Shown here in pieces: positions 1 to 9,243 of a DNA stretch of 64,000 nucleotides. The DNA is from Desulfomicrobium sp. (GTDB taxonomy: Bacteria > Desulfobacterota > Desulfovibrionia > Desulfovibrionales > Desulfomicrobiaceae). The stretch's first letter is position 1. Each line of letters begins with the position of its first letter. The notes below the pieces were generated by a model. It saw only the letters and a program-made list of their open reading frames with translations. It was not told the DNA's origin and ran no database searches. Both the position numbers and the translations under genes were made by a program. The stretch covers positions 1,760,001 through 1,824,000 of the forward strand of contig JAXGMI010000001.1 of NCBI GenBank assembly GCA_040768745.1, written 5' to 3'.

Positions 1-519
1 CTGGAGCATTTTGGGCTGGACGTGACGGGCATGGTCGCCCTGGACGCGGGTGCGTCGACGGGCGGGTTCACGGACTGTCTGTTGCAGTTCGGGGCCGCCC
101 GGGTCTACGCCGTGGACGTGGGTCACGGCCAGTTGCACTGGAAGCTGGCGCAGGACCCGCGCGTGGTCAACATGGAGCGGGTCAATCTGCGTCATGCTGC
201 GCCGGATCTGCTGCCCGAGAAGGTGGACCTGGTCGTGGCCGACTGCTCGTTCATTTCCCTGCGGCTCATTCTCCCGCCATGCCTGCAGTTCCTGAAGTCC
301 GACGGCCAGCTCCTGGCCCTGGTCAAGCCGCAGTTCGAGCTCGGACCAGAACATGCGGTCAAGGGCGTGGTCCGCTCCGAGGAACTCCAACTCGCGGCCG
401 TGGCCCAGGTGCAGGAGTTTGCCCGCTCCGAGCTCGGTTTGCATCCCCTTGGAGTCGTCGCGGCGGGCATCAAGGGCCCCAAGGGCAACCAGGAATACCT
501 GCTGCGACTGACGCACTGA
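1..519 (+). CDS. tlyA: TlyA-family rRNA 2'-O-methyltransferase, 5' end outside window
   Basis: LDAGASTGGFTD SAM motif, AVDVGHGQL, D.SFISL, LVKPQFE, GPKGNQE; frame open to base 1. Confidence 0.92.
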   Translation: MEHFGLDVTGMVALDAGASTGGFTDCLLQFGAARVYAVDVGHGQLHWKLAQDPRVVNMERVNLRHAAPDLLPEKVDLVVADCSFISLRLILPPCLQFLKSDGQLLALVKPQFELGPEHAVKGVVRSEELQLAAVAQVQEFARSELGLHPLGVVAAGIKGPKGNQEYLLRLTH

Positions 520-593
520 TCGGGATTTTGCCCACAGGGACGGTTCGAGGTGGAATTCACCTCCGTCCCATCAACCTCAACCCACGTTCACGC

Positions 594-1199
594 ATGCCCG
601 ACAGATACCTGACCGAAGGCCGCAAGGTGCGCCTCAGGTCCGTGCTGGAAAACCGCCAGCACGACCTGACCCTGGTTCTGAACAACATCCACGATCCCCA
701 CAACGTTTCCGCCATCCTGCGCAGTTGTGATGCCTTCGGCGTCTTCGGCGTGCACCTCTACTACACCAAGGAAAAATTTCCGGCCCTGGCCAACAGCTCT
801 TCGGGCTCCGCCAAGAAATGGATCGAACTGACCCGACACCGCGAGGCCGGCGCCATGATCGATGGTCTGCGCGCCAGCGGCATGCAGATCGTTGGCACGG
901 GGTTCGGCCCTGCGGCGCGTCCGGTCATGGACATCGACTTCACCAGACCCACGGCCGTTATCCTCGGCAACGAGCACCGCGGCATGGACCCCGACGTCAA
1001 GGCCCACGTGCCCGACGAAATCTACATTCCCATGTTCGGCATGGTGCAGAGCCTGAATGTTTCCGTGGCCGCGGCGGTCATTCTCTACGAGGCCATGCGC
1101 CAACGCCGGGCCGCCGGCATGTATGGGCAGAGCGCCCTGGACGGCGAAGGATTCGAGGCGGTATACGCCGACTGGTGCACTCGCGGCAAAGACTATTAG
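594..1199 (+). CDS. trmH: SpoU/TrmH-family tRNA (Gm18) 2'-O-methyltransferase
   Basis: DPHNVSAILRSCDAFG, ILGNEHRG, SLNVSVA SPOUT motifs; ATG at 594. Confidence 0.85.
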   Translation: MPDRYLTEGRKVRLRSVLENRQHDLTLVLNNIHDPHNVSAILRSCDAFGVFGVHLYYTKEKFPALANSSSGSAKKWIELTRHREAGAMIDGLRASGMQIVGTGFGPAARPVMDIDFTRPTAVILGNEHRGMDPDVKAHVPDEIYIPMFGMVQSLNVSVAAAVILYEAMRQRRAAGMYGQSALDGEGFEAVYADWCTRGKDY

Positions 1200-1224
1200 C
1201 CGGGGCCCGGCCCCTGGAGAAGAG

Positions 1225-2292
1225 ATGGCGGGAAACACATTTGGCACCGTGTTCCGGTTGACGACTTTCGGCGAATCCCATGGACCTGCCCTCGGGGGGG
1301 TGGTGGACGGCTGCCCGGCAGGAGTGGCCATCGACGATGCTGCCATTCAGGCCGAACTCGACAAACGGCGACCCGGCCAGGCAGGTTTGGCATCCTCGGC
1401 CCGCAAGGAGCCCGATCGGATTCGTCTCCTGTCTGGGCTGTTCGAGGGGAAAACCACAGGCACGCCCATTGGTTTTGTGATCGAGAACTCGGATCAGCGG
1501 TCTGCTGATTATGGGGCCATCAAGGACGTTTTCCGACCCGGCCACGGCGATATGACCTACCAATCCAAATACGGCCTGCGCGACTATCGCGGAGGCGGTC
1601 GGTCTTCAGGCCGCGAGACTGTGTCCCGCGTGGCCGGCGGGGCCGTAGCCGGGGCGTTTCTGGAGACGCTGGGCATCTGTGTCATGGCCGGGACCGTGGA
1701 ACTCGGCGGGATCGCCGCAGGCTCGGTGGATCTGGCCGGAGCCGTGGAGCGACCGTTCTTCGCCGCCGCCGGCTGCGTCGTGGAGGCCTGGGAGGAACGT
1801 GTGCGCGACGTCGCAGGACATGGCGACACCCTGGGCGGCATCGTCGAGATCCGGGCCACGGGCGTTCCGCCTGGGTTGGGGGAACCGGTTTTCGACAAGC
1901 TGGATGCCCGGTTGGCAGCGGCACTGATGAGCGTTGGGGCAGTCAAAGGGGTGGAGATCGGGTCCGGATTCGCTGCCGCTCGTGTCCTGGGCAGCGAAAA
2001 CAACGATGCCATGGATGCCAAGGGCTTCCGTTCCAATCATGCGGGCGGGATCCTGGCCGGGATTTCCAGCGGCCAGGACATCGTGGTACGGGCCGCAGTG
2101 AAGCCCATACCCTCCATTGCCCGCGAACAGCACACTGTGGACCGTTTTGGCCAGGAGACAACCATCAGCGTGGCTGGGCGTCACGATATCTGCGCGATCC
2201 CGCGCATAGTCCCGGTGCTTGCGGCCATGGTCCGGTTGTCGCTGGCTGACATGGTTCTCCTGCAGCGCCGCATGGGGATGGAGGCGGGATGA
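1225..2292 (+). CDS. aroC: Chorismate synthase
   Basis: GNTFG..TTFGESHG, RPGHGD, RGGGRSSGRET, GRHD motifs; GGAGA RBS. Confidence 0.96.
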   Translation: MAGNTFGTVFRLTTFGESHGPALGGVVDGCPAGVAIDDAAIQAELDKRRPGQAGLASSARKEPDRIRLLSGLFEGKTTGTPIGFVIENSDQRSADYGAIKDVFRPGHGDMTYQSKYGLRDYRGGGRSSGRETVSRVAGGAVAGAFLETLGICVMAGTVELGGIAAGSVDLAGAVERPFFAAAGCVVEAWEERVRDVAGHGDTLGGIVEIRATGVPPGLGEPVFDKLDARLAAALMSVGAVKGVEIGSGFAAARVLGSENNDAMDAKGFRSNHAGGILAGISSGQDIVVRAAVKPIPSIAREQHTVDRFGQETTISVAGRHDICAIPRIVPVLAAMVRLSLADMVLLQRRMGMEAG

Positions 2293-3077
2293 GCGCACCC
2301 ATCGGCTTTCTCATCAAGAAGGCCTTGTCCGCCATCTTCATGCCCCTCTCCATTTGTCTTCTTTTTTTCGCCTTGGGCGGCGCCTATGTCCTGCTGCGCC
2401 GCTCCAGGGACGCCCTGGCCCCTTTTGCCATCGGCGCGATGCTCCTGTACGCCTTTTCCCTCAACTCGATTTCAGGATACCTGGTCCGTCCCCTGGAGCA
2501 GGCCTATGCCCCTCTGGATGTGACCGTTCTCGGCCCGGCCGGAAAGACGGTAAAATGGGTTGTTGTCCTCGGATCCTGGCACTGGACCGACCGCCGTCTT
2601 TCTGCCGCAGGCATGCTCAATGAAAGCGCGCTGTCCAGACTGGTCGAAGGTATTCGTGTAGCCAAACGTTTGTCGGGTTCTGTCTTGCTTGTCAGCGGAG
2701 GGAAATACAGGGATGAGCAGTCCAGTGCACACGTCATGGCTTCGGCCGCGGTGGAACTTGGTTTTGACCCAGCCTGCATCCTCCTGGAGGACACGTCCCT
2801 CGACACCGAGGATGAAGCCGTCCTGATCAAGAACATGGTTGGCGATGAACCGTTTGTCCTGGTTACCTCGGCTTCGCATATGCTGAGGTCCATGAAGCTT
2901 TTTCAAGGCCAGGGCATGCGTCCCATCCCGGCGCCGGCGTATTTCCGTAACAAGGGTGAGCCGGAAACATTTGTGCCCTATCCGGACAATATCCTGACCT
3001 GTCATCTGGCCGTGCACGAATACCTGGGTTTGGCCTGGGCCCTGGTGCGCGGGAAGATCTCCCTCGACTCCCCGTGA
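2289..3077 (+). CDS. YdcF/ElyC (DUF218) envelope protein
   Basis: N-terminal TM helices, VVVLG, SGG, LVTSASHMLR, VHEYLG motifs; ATGA overlap with aroC. Confidence 0.8.
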   Translation: MSAPIGFLIKKALSAIFMPLSICLLFFALGGAYVLLRRSRDALAPFAIGAMLLYAFSLNSISGYLVRPLEQAYAPLDVTVLGPAGKTVKWVVVLGSWHWTDRRLSAAGMLNESALSRLVEGIRVAKRLSGSVLLVSGGKYRDEQSSAHVMASAAVELGFDPACILLEDTSLDTEDEAVLIKNMVGDEPFVLVTSASHMLRSMKLFQGQGMRPIPAPAYFRNKGEPETFVPYPDNILTCHLAVHEYLGLAWALVRGKISLDSP

Positions 3078-3949
3078 TCGACATCCTGCCCACGCTGGCG
3101 CTGTGCACCCAACGGGCTTGCCCGGACAAGAAAACAGTGCGTCACTGGGAGTTGGTCCTGGCCGCACGCCGCGTTCTGTGCCGGGTCGAAGACGGCTCCA
3201 GGCTCCTGGTGGCTCCGGCCCTTGCCCGTCTGGCTGTGGCAGAGATCGTGGCTTACGAAGCGGAAAACCTTCCCCCCCGATATCCAGTCCCCTTGCCAGA
3301 CAATACCTGGGTGTCCATGCTCGTCATTGCGCTGTTCCTGGGGGCATCGTTCTGGGTGGATGGGCAGGGACTGGGAGAGCACTTGACGTGGTATGCGGCC
3401 GGGCAGGCGGATGCCAGAAGTATTCTGGAGGGACAGTGGTGGCGGTGCGTGACGGCCCTCTTTCTGCATGCCGATGCCGGTCATCTGCTGGCCAATGCGG
3501 CCGCCTTGGCCGTATTGGCGTCCATGCTTTGCAGACGGTTGGGTTCAGGTCTGGTCTGGGGGCTCTTTCTGTTCAGTGGAGGCTTGGGCAATGCGCTCAA
3601 TGCATGGGCGCAAGGGCCGGATCACCTGAGCATCGGGGCTTCGACCGGAGTCTTCGGTCTCATCGGCGTGCTGGGAGGCGGAGCAGGTCGGGCTCAGGCT
3701 GGCAAACGCGCCCAGGCGCTGCTCTTGTCCCTGGGCTTTGGGCTCAGTTTCCTGGCCTTGCTGGGAGCTGGGGAAGAACGCGTCGATGTGGGCGCCCATC
3801 TGTTCGGGCTGATTGTGGGTCTGCCCGTGGGACTCCTGCTGGGAGGGTGGCACGGGGTCTTGGGATGGAAGGCCTGGCTCAGCCATCTGCTCGGAGCGGC
3901 GGGATTTTTTGGGGCAGTCTGGGCCTGGATTCTGGCCTTCAGAAACTGA
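3074..3949 (+). CDS. Rhomboid-family intramembrane serine protease
   Basis: WWR..TALFLH, HLLAN, GASTG catalytic Ser, AHLFG catalytic His, multiple TM segments. Confidence 0.88.
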   Translation: MIDILPTLALCTQRACPDKKTVRHWELVLAARRVLCRVEDGSRLLVAPALARLAVAEIVAYEAENLPPRYPVPLPDNTWVSMLVIALFLGASFWVDGQGLGEHLTWYAAGQADARSILEGQWWRCVTALFLHADAGHLLANAAALAVLASMLCRRLGSGLVWGLFLFSGGLGNALNAWAQGPDHLSIGASTGVFGLIGVLGGGAGRAQAGKRAQALLLSLGFGLSFLALLGAGEERVDVGAHLFGLIVGLPVGLLLGGWHGVLGWKAWLSHLLGAAGFFGAVWAWILAFRN

Positions 3950-3972
3950 AAAGCAGCCCGGAGGCTGCTTTT
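3949..3972. terminator. Bidirectional intrinsic terminator between convergent rhomboid and rubrerythrin genes
   Basis: AAAAGCAGCC-CGGA-GGCTGCTTTT perfect inverted repeat with A/T tails. Confidence 0.8.
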
Positions 3973-3990
3973 ACGGTCTGGAAGGGATGC

Positions 3991-4569
3991 TTACCAGTTC
4001 TGGGCAAGCTCTTCGAAGTGGGACTGGGGATGGGCACAGGCCGGACAGCAATCCACTGCCTTTTCGCCGGTATGCACGTAACCGCAATTGCGACACCGCC
4101 AGGTGACCTTTTTGTCACGTCTGAAGACGCGTCCTGTTTCAATGTTTTTGGCCAGGGCCAGATAGCGGCGCTCGTGCTCTTTTTCGGCCACAGCGATACA
4201 CCGCATGACCGCGGCGATCTCAGGAAATCCTTCCTCCTGGGCCACCTCGGCAAACTCCGGGTACATGTGCTGCCACTCGTGGTTTTCTCCGCCCGCCGCC
4301 TCACGCAGATTCTCGAGAGTTGAGCCGATACGCCCTGCCGGAAAGGATGCAGTGATTTCCACCTCGCCCCCCTCCAGGAGTTTGAACAGGGTTTTGGCAT
4401 GGGCCATCTCCTGGTCAGCGGTCTCGGAAAAAATTTCAGAAATCTGGACGTATCCTTCCGTGCGGGCCTGCTTGGCGAAAAAAGAATAGCGGTTGCGCGC
4501 CTGGGATTCGCCGGCAAAAGCCGTCAGGATATTTTTTTCGGTGCGGGTACCTTTCAGTGATTTCGACAT
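3991..4569 (-). CDS. rbr: Rubrerythrin
   Basis: AFAGESQARNRY, E..H di-iron motifs, C-terminal CRNCG..CPAC rubredoxin domain; GGAGG RBS. Confidence 0.96.
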   Translation of the reverse strand: MSKSLKGTRTEKNILTAFAGESQARNRYSFFAKQARTEGYVQISEIFSETADQEMAHAKTLFKLLEGGEVEITASFPAGRIGSTLENLREAAGGENHEWQHMYPEFAEVAQEEGFPEIAAVMRCIAVAEKEHERRYLALAKNIETGRVFRRDKKVTWRCRNCGYVHTGEKAVDCCPACAHPQSHFEELAQNW

Positions 4570-4597
4570 AATGCCTCCGTAGTTGAATTGTGGAAGG

Positions 4598-4625
4598 AGC
4601 ATAGCTTTTGCTGAGAATTTGTCAA
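4598..4625 (-). promoter_or_regulatory. Sigma70-type promoter of rbr
   Basis: Minus strand TTGACA-16 nt-TATGCT. Confidence 0.6.
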
Positions 4626-4628
4626 TCT

Positions 4629-4647
4629 ATTGATAATCTATACTAAT
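4629..4647. promoter_or_regulatory. Putative Fur/PerR-family operator
   Basis: ATTGATAATCTATACTAAT, 19 bp with one good TGATAAT half-site, abutting the rbr -35. Confidence 0.45.
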
Positions 4648-4734
4648 AATAGGCCTGAATCATTTCCAGCAGGTGTCTTGACGCGTGGCTCAAGGTGTTT
4701 AGAAAAAGGCAATCAAAGACTGGAGGTGTTGCAT

Positions 4735-5148
4735 ATGGTCATTGATTTCAGCACATATTATGATTTGCCAAGTTCGATGGACAGTTTTTTTGAAGAGTTG
4801 TGGAGGCCGAGTGCCATCAGTCAGCGACGTATGGCCTATCCCCCTGTCAATATCAGCGAGGATGAGGAAAACATAATCGTTGCGTCTGAAATACCCGGTA
4901 TGGATACGGAGGACATCGACCTGACCCTGAACGAGAAAAGCCTGACCATCAAGGGCTCAAAGAAGAATGAAGTTGGCAACTACTACAGACAGGAGCGGCC
5001 CACCGGAAATTTTCAGCGGATCATCAACTTGAACATCCCAGTACAGGTAGATGCGGTCAGGGCTTCCATGAAGGACGGGGTGCTCAGGGTGGTTCTGCCC
5101 AAGGCCAAGGAATGCCGTCCCGTAACCATAGCAATCGACGAGCAATAG
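4735..5148 (+). CDS. Hsp20/alpha-crystallin small heat-shock protein
   Basis: YPPVNISED, EIPG, ERPTGNFQR, ASMKDGVLRVVLPK; GGAGG RBS. Confidence 0.92.
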   Translation: MVIDFSTYYDLPSSMDSFFEELWRPSAISQRRMAYPPVNISEDEENIIVASEIPGMDTEDIDLTLNEKSLTIKGSKKNEVGNYYRQERPTGNFQRIINLNIPVQVDAVRASMKDGVLRVVLPKAKECRPVTIAIDEQ

Positions 5149-5157
5149 AGGTGTGCC

Positions 5158-5526
5158 ATGGCAAATGATATCGAGAAAAGAACGCCTTCGACCCTTGCCA
5201 GGTTCCGGCCCAACACCGATATCCTGGAGCGTGAGGACGGATTCCACATATTCATGGATATGCCCGGAGTGGGCAAGGACGGATTGTCCATAGATCTGCG
5301 GGAAAACGAGCTGGAGGTCAGGGGGCGGGCGGTCTATCCCCGGGAGGAGAATGCCAAGGCCCTGCACGTGGAGTTCGGGGACGGGGAATATGTGCGGACC
5401 TTCACCATATCCGACGGCGTGGATAGGGAAGGTATTCGCGCCAGCCTGAAGAAAGGCCTTCTTGAGCTTTTTCTACCCAAGGCGGCCAGGTTCAAGCCCC
5501 GGAGGATAGAAATCCAGGCGGGATAA
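5158..5526 (+). CDS. Second Hsp20-family protein
   Basis: PNTDILE, DMPGV, ASLKKGLLELFLPK, RRIEI tail. Confidence 0.9.
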   Translation: MANDIEKRTPSTLARFRPNTDILEREDGFHIFMDMPGVGKDGLSIDLRENELEVRGRAVYPREENAKALHVEFGDGEYVRTFTISDGVDREGIRASLKKGLLELFLPKAARFKPRRIEIQAG

Positions 5527-5571
5527 GAACCATTTGAGTGCGAACAACGGTGTATTTCGAGAAACCATGCG

Positions 5572-5598
5572 AGGCCCGGTTTTCCGGGCCTTTTTTTT
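5572..5598 (+). terminator. Intrinsic terminator after hsp20 pair
   Basis: AGGCCCGG-TTTT-CCGGGCCT followed by T run. Confidence 0.85.
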
Positions 5599-5601
5599 CC
5601 A

Positions 5602-6300
5602 TCATGCCAGGATGTTCCAGTTCAAAAGGTCAAAAAGATTCTGAAGCTCTCTGGCTGGGGGGCAGTACAGGCAGAGGTTCTCCCTGGTTGCCGGATGTTC
5701 AAAGCGCAGTTCAGTACTGGCCAGAAGCAGCCGGCTGAGGCCGAAATGTTCACGGAAAAAGCGGTTCTGCCGGCCGTCGCCCCGCAGCACGTCGCCGATG
5801 AGGGGATGGCGGATGTGGGCGAAGTGGCGCCGGATCTGGTGGGTGCGGCCGGACAGGGGGCGGACCCGGACCAGGCTGAAGCGGGCCGAGGCGTAGCGGC
5901 CAACGGGGATGTGGATTTCCGCCGTGCCCAGGCGGGTGAATTCGGTTTGGGCCGGCTGCTCTTTCCCGGACTCGGACCTGAGGGGGGCGTCGATGACGCC
6001 GTTTTGCGGAGCAAAGCCGCGAATCACGGCCACATAGGTCTTGACCACGGCCTGCGCCGCGAACTGTCTGGCCAGAATCCCTGCCTCCGTACCCGAAAGG
6101 GCCATGATCATCAGCCCAGATGTGGGCCGGTCCAGCCGGTGGACCGGAAAGACGCGTTGGCCCAGCTGGTCCCGCAGGAGCTGGAGCAGAAAGGGTTCCC
6201 GACCGGCGTGGGCGTTGCGGTGGACCAGGAGTCCTGCCGGTTTGTGGAGCGCAAGCAGGTGAGAGTCCTGGTACAGGATGGGAATTTCAGGTCGCGGCAT
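5602..6300 (-). CDS. RluA/TruC-family pseudouridine synthase (TruC-like)
   Basis: KPAGLLVH, VHRLDRPTSG catalytic Asp, GRTHQIRRH, PLIGD. Confidence 0.88.
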   Translation of the reverse strand: MPRPEIPILYQDSHLLALHKPAGLLVHRNAHAGREPFLLQLLRDQLGQRVFPVHRLDRPTSGLMIMALSGTEAGILARQFAAQAVVKTYVAVIRGFAPQNGVIDAPLRSESGKEQPAQTEFTRLGTAEIHIPVGRYASARFSLVRVRPLSGRTHQIRRHFAHIRHPLIGDVLRGDGRQNRFFREHFGLSRLLLASTELRFEHPATRENLCLYCPPARELQNLFDLLNWNILA

Positions 6301-7315
6301 CGGCTTCGGTCAGTTCCCCGCGAAGGTTCTGCGGTATGCGGGTACGGATCTCCGCAGGCCTAAGTCCCAGGCTGAAGAGATAGATCAGCTTGGTCAAGGC
6401 GGCTTCGGCAGTCATGTCCCTTCCCGATATCACACCTGCCCGGGCCAGGGCGGAACCGGTCTGATAGCCGCCCTGGTCGACCGTCCCCCGCAGACACTGC
6501 GAGCAGTTCACAATGACCACACCTCGAGCGCAGGCCTCGGCCAGAACGGCCATGAGCGTCAGGTTTTCCGATGGCCCGTTGCCCATGCCATAGGTTTCCA
6601 GCACCAGTCCCTGCAGCGGCGAACGCAGGACATTGGCTACCAGTTCGGCCGAGATGCCCGGAAAGAGGCGCAGTGCACCGACCCTGGCACTGGAGAGCGG
6701 ATGCACAGTCAGCCCGTTCGCAGGGTGCGGCGGGTGAATACGGTCTAGATGGGAACGGATGCCCACTCCGATGGTGCCCAGGTCAGGATAGTTGGGAGAA
6801 TCGAAGGCCTGGAATCCGACAGCGTCCACCTTGGTGGATCGGCACCCGCGCAGCAGTCGGTTTCCGAAACACAGGCAGACCTCGGGCACCGGGGCCTGGG
6901 CAATGACCATCAGGGCGGTGATCAGGTTGTCCCGGCCGTCACTGCGGACCCTGCACAAGGGGATCTGTGATCCGGTGAGGATCACGGGCTTGGCCAGACC
7001 CTCCAGCATGAAGGAAAAGGCCGATGCCGTGTACGCCATGGTGTCGGTGCCATGGATAACGATGAAACCGTCGAATTCGAGGTATGCGGCTGCGATGTCG
7101 CGGGCAATGGCCAGCCAGTGCCGGGGGTCCATGTTGGAGGAATCCAGGAGTGGCGAGTGTTCGCGGATGACATAGTCCGGCACCTCAGGGTTGGCGAATT
7201 CCGGCATGGAGGCCATGGTCTGGGCCAGGTAGCCTGGATCCGGGGCATATCCCATTGGGGTGGAACGCATGCCGATGGTCCCTCCGGTGTAGAGAATGCA
7301 AACCCGTTTTTTCAC
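6287..7315 (-). CDS. ansA: Type I L-asparaginase
   Basis: YTGGTIG, LDSSNM, HGTDTMAY, TGSQIP, DMTAEAALTKL. Confidence 0.93.
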   Translation of the reverse strand: MKKRVCILYTGGTIGMRSTPMGYAPDPGYLAQTMASMPEFANPEVPDYVIREHSPLLDSSNMDPRHWLAIARDIAAAYLEFDGFIVIHGTDTMAYTASAFSFMLEGLAKPVILTGSQIPLCRVRSDGRDNLITALMVIAQAPVPEVCLCFGNRLLRGCRSTKVDAVGFQAFDSPNYPDLGTIGVGIRSHLDRIHPPHPANGLTVHPLSSARVGALRLFPGISAELVANVLRSPLQGLVLETYGMGNGPSENLTLMAVLAEACARGVVIVNCSQCLRGTVDQGGYQTGSALARAGVISGRDMTAEAALTKLIYLFSLGLRPAEIRTRIPQNLRGELTEADAAT

Positions 7316-8082
7316 AGCGCTCTCCAGGATTCGAGCTTCCAGTGGATGAATTCCATGACTTCCTCATGTTCGTTCTTGCCGGCGCCCCGGATATGGATCG
7401 GGCTGCCAAGGGAGAAGTGCACCGGGATTTCAGGATGGATCGGACCGTAATCCTTAATCAGGGACCCTACACCCCAGGCATCGGTCTTAAGGGCCAGTGG
7501 GAGGACTGGCACCCCGGCCTTCTTGGCCAGCTTGATGCCGATGGTGTTGAAGGCCGCGCGGTTGAGGCTCGGGGTCCGCGTGGTCTGGGGGAAGATGATG
7601 AGGGAAATGCCGCGCGCGAGCCGCTCCACGCCTTCGTCCATGACAATCCTGAAATCGTCGCGGGGATTGACCCGGTCCACGGCAATGGGCTCGATGGCGT
7701 TCACCACGTGTCTGAAAACGGGGTAGGTGGTCAGGCTGCGTTTGAGCACAAAGGTGACGGGCCGGATGGGCGCCAGGAGTCCAGGGAGGATGAAGGTTTC
7801 CAGGGTGGACATGTGATTGGCTACGATGACGCAGGGCCCGGGCAGACTGGTGAAGGCATTGATGTTCTCTGCGTGCAGGCGCAGCCCGCAGGCCTCGCAC
7901 GCGTTGCGAAAAGCGATGCTGTCCTCGGCCCACTCGGCCATGGAGTATCGCTTGCGGGTCCGCCATGCTGCCTGGAAGACGATGGCCAGGGTCCTGGCAT
8001 AGAAGACCAGGCTCGGAAACATCCTGCTCAGCGTGGACAGGGGACGATCCGGGGTTGTGTAGGTGTCGGAAATGGTGGTCAT
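7312..8082 (-). CDS. 1-acyl-glycerol-3-phosphate / lysophospholipid acyltransferase (PlsC family)
   Basis: NHMSTLE (HX4D/E), FVLK, IFPQTTR motifs; start set at MTTISD. Confidence 0.8.
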   Translation of the reverse strand: MTTISDTYTTPDRPLSTLSRMFPSLVFYARTLAIVFQAAWRTRKRYSMAEWAEDSIAFRNACEACGLRLHAENINAFTSLPGPCVIVANHMSTLETFILPGLLAPIRPVTFVLKRSLTTYPVFRHVVNAIEPIAVDRVNPRDDFRIVMDEGVERLARGISLIIFPQTTRTPSLNRAAFNTIGIKLAKKAGVPVLPLALKTDAWGVGSLIKDYGPIHPEIPVHFSLGSPIHIRGAGKNEHEEVMEFIHWKLESWRAL

Positions 8083-8123
8083 GGCGTGTCGGGGTTGAGG
8101 TTTGGATTCGGGATGCGGGCGGA

Positions 8124-8783
8124 TCAGGCGCCAGTCCATGCTTTGACTGAACGGCAGATGAACAGGAATCCGTATCCACACAGTATCAGACTCAGGATTT
8201 TCAGGCTGAGGATATACGGCCGGTTGCCCAGAAAACACGCGCTGCGGCCGACCAGCACCGCCACCACGGCCTTGCTGCCAACCAGGAGCGTGTAGAATGA
8301 GGCGACGAACAGGACGGCCGCATTCAGGGAATGGTGCAGGAGTTGGGTCATAGCCGGCACGCCTATGGTCAGCCAGAAAATGTAGGGATTGGGGTTCAGC
8401 AGGTTGACCATCACGGCCTTGCGCAGGGACGGAATCGCCGTGTCGGACACGATCGGGATGGAGGCTCGATACACCCGGGGTTTCAGACCCCTGAGGCCGA
8501 TCCAGGTCAGATAGACGCCTCCGACCAAGCCCAGGCCGATTTCCAAGGCGCGGTGATCTGGCAAAAGCCAATGCATGCCCAGGGCCAGGGCGATGATGGG
8601 CAGGTCTGAACAGATGGGAGCCATGGCAACCATGAACCCGGCCCGGATCCCGTGGCGCAGAGTTTCGGAGAGCATGAGGGTCAGGAGCGGTCCTGGGGAG
8701 AGTCCGGCGGACAGACCCAGGACGAGACCGGTGGTAGCTGGAGCGGTGATGTCGAGCATGTTCTGCGGGATGAAGGTTGACAC
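8124..8783 (-). CDS. LysE/RhtB-family amino-acid exporter
   Basis: LSPGP, G..YLTWIG, NLLNPNP.IFW; AGGAGA RBS before GTG. Confidence 0.85.
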   Translation of the reverse strand: MSTFIPQNMLDITAPATTGLVLGLSAGLSPGPLLTLMLSETLRHGIRAGFMVAMAPICSDLPIIALALGMHWLLPDHRALEIGLGLVGGVYLTWIGLRGLKPRVYRASIPIVSDTAIPSLRKAVMVNLLNPNPYIFWLTIGVPAMTQLLHHSLNAAVLFVASFYTLLVGSKAVVAVLVGRSACFLGNRPYILSLKILSLILCGYGFLFICRSVKAWTGA

Positions 8784-8826
8784 GGTCCGTGTCTCCTAGC
8801 CCAGTCAGGGCCGGTTCGTCACCCCA

Positions 8827-9243
8827 TCACAGGGCCTGGTTCAGTTTTTTCAGCATGGCCTGCAAGCACAAAGCTTCTCCAGCGGGCAGGGCCGAATTCA
8901 GTTTGTGGGCCAGGTTGAGGTGATGGGCGTGATGTTCCTGGAAGAGGACTCGACCTTGTTCAGTCAGCCCTACCAGGATGGAGCGGCGGTCCGTTTCGTG
9001 GGGGATGCGCGCCACCAGCCCGAGTTTTTCCAGGCGGTCTACGTTGACCGTCAGGGTCCCGGTAGTCACGCCCATCTTGGCCGCGAGCTCCTTCATGCGC
9101 AGGGGGGGGTGTTGTCCCAGGATCTCCAGGGTGTGCATCTGCGGCAGGGTGATGGGAGTGTCCCTGACCACGGCCTGCTCCCAGGACGACAGTTTCTCGT
9201 AGAATTCGACGAGCAGGTCGCTCAGACGTTCGAGGTCACCCAT
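8827..9243 (-). CDS. MarR-family regulator with His cluster (AdcR/ZitR-like)
   Basis: MKELAAKMGVTTGTLT wHTH, DRRS wing, EHHAHH in helix 5; overlaps the dmeF-like stop. Confidence 0.85.
   Translation of the reverse strand: MGDLERLSDLLVEFYEKLSSWEQAVVRDTPITLPQMHTLEILGQHPPLRMKELAAKMGVTTGTLTVNVDRLEKLGLVARIPHETDRRSILVGLTEQGRVLFQEHHAHHLNLAHKLNSALPAGEALCLQAMLKKLNQAL

Noticed and set aside
4650..4734. CIRCE/HrcA or sigma54 site for the hsp20 pair
   Set aside because: Neither TTAGCACTC-N9-GAGTGCTAA nor TGGCAC-N5-TTGC is present
8083..8571. N-terminal extension of the acyltransferase ORF
   Set aside because: Overlaps the LysE gene in another frame; the acyltransferase plausibly starts at 8082
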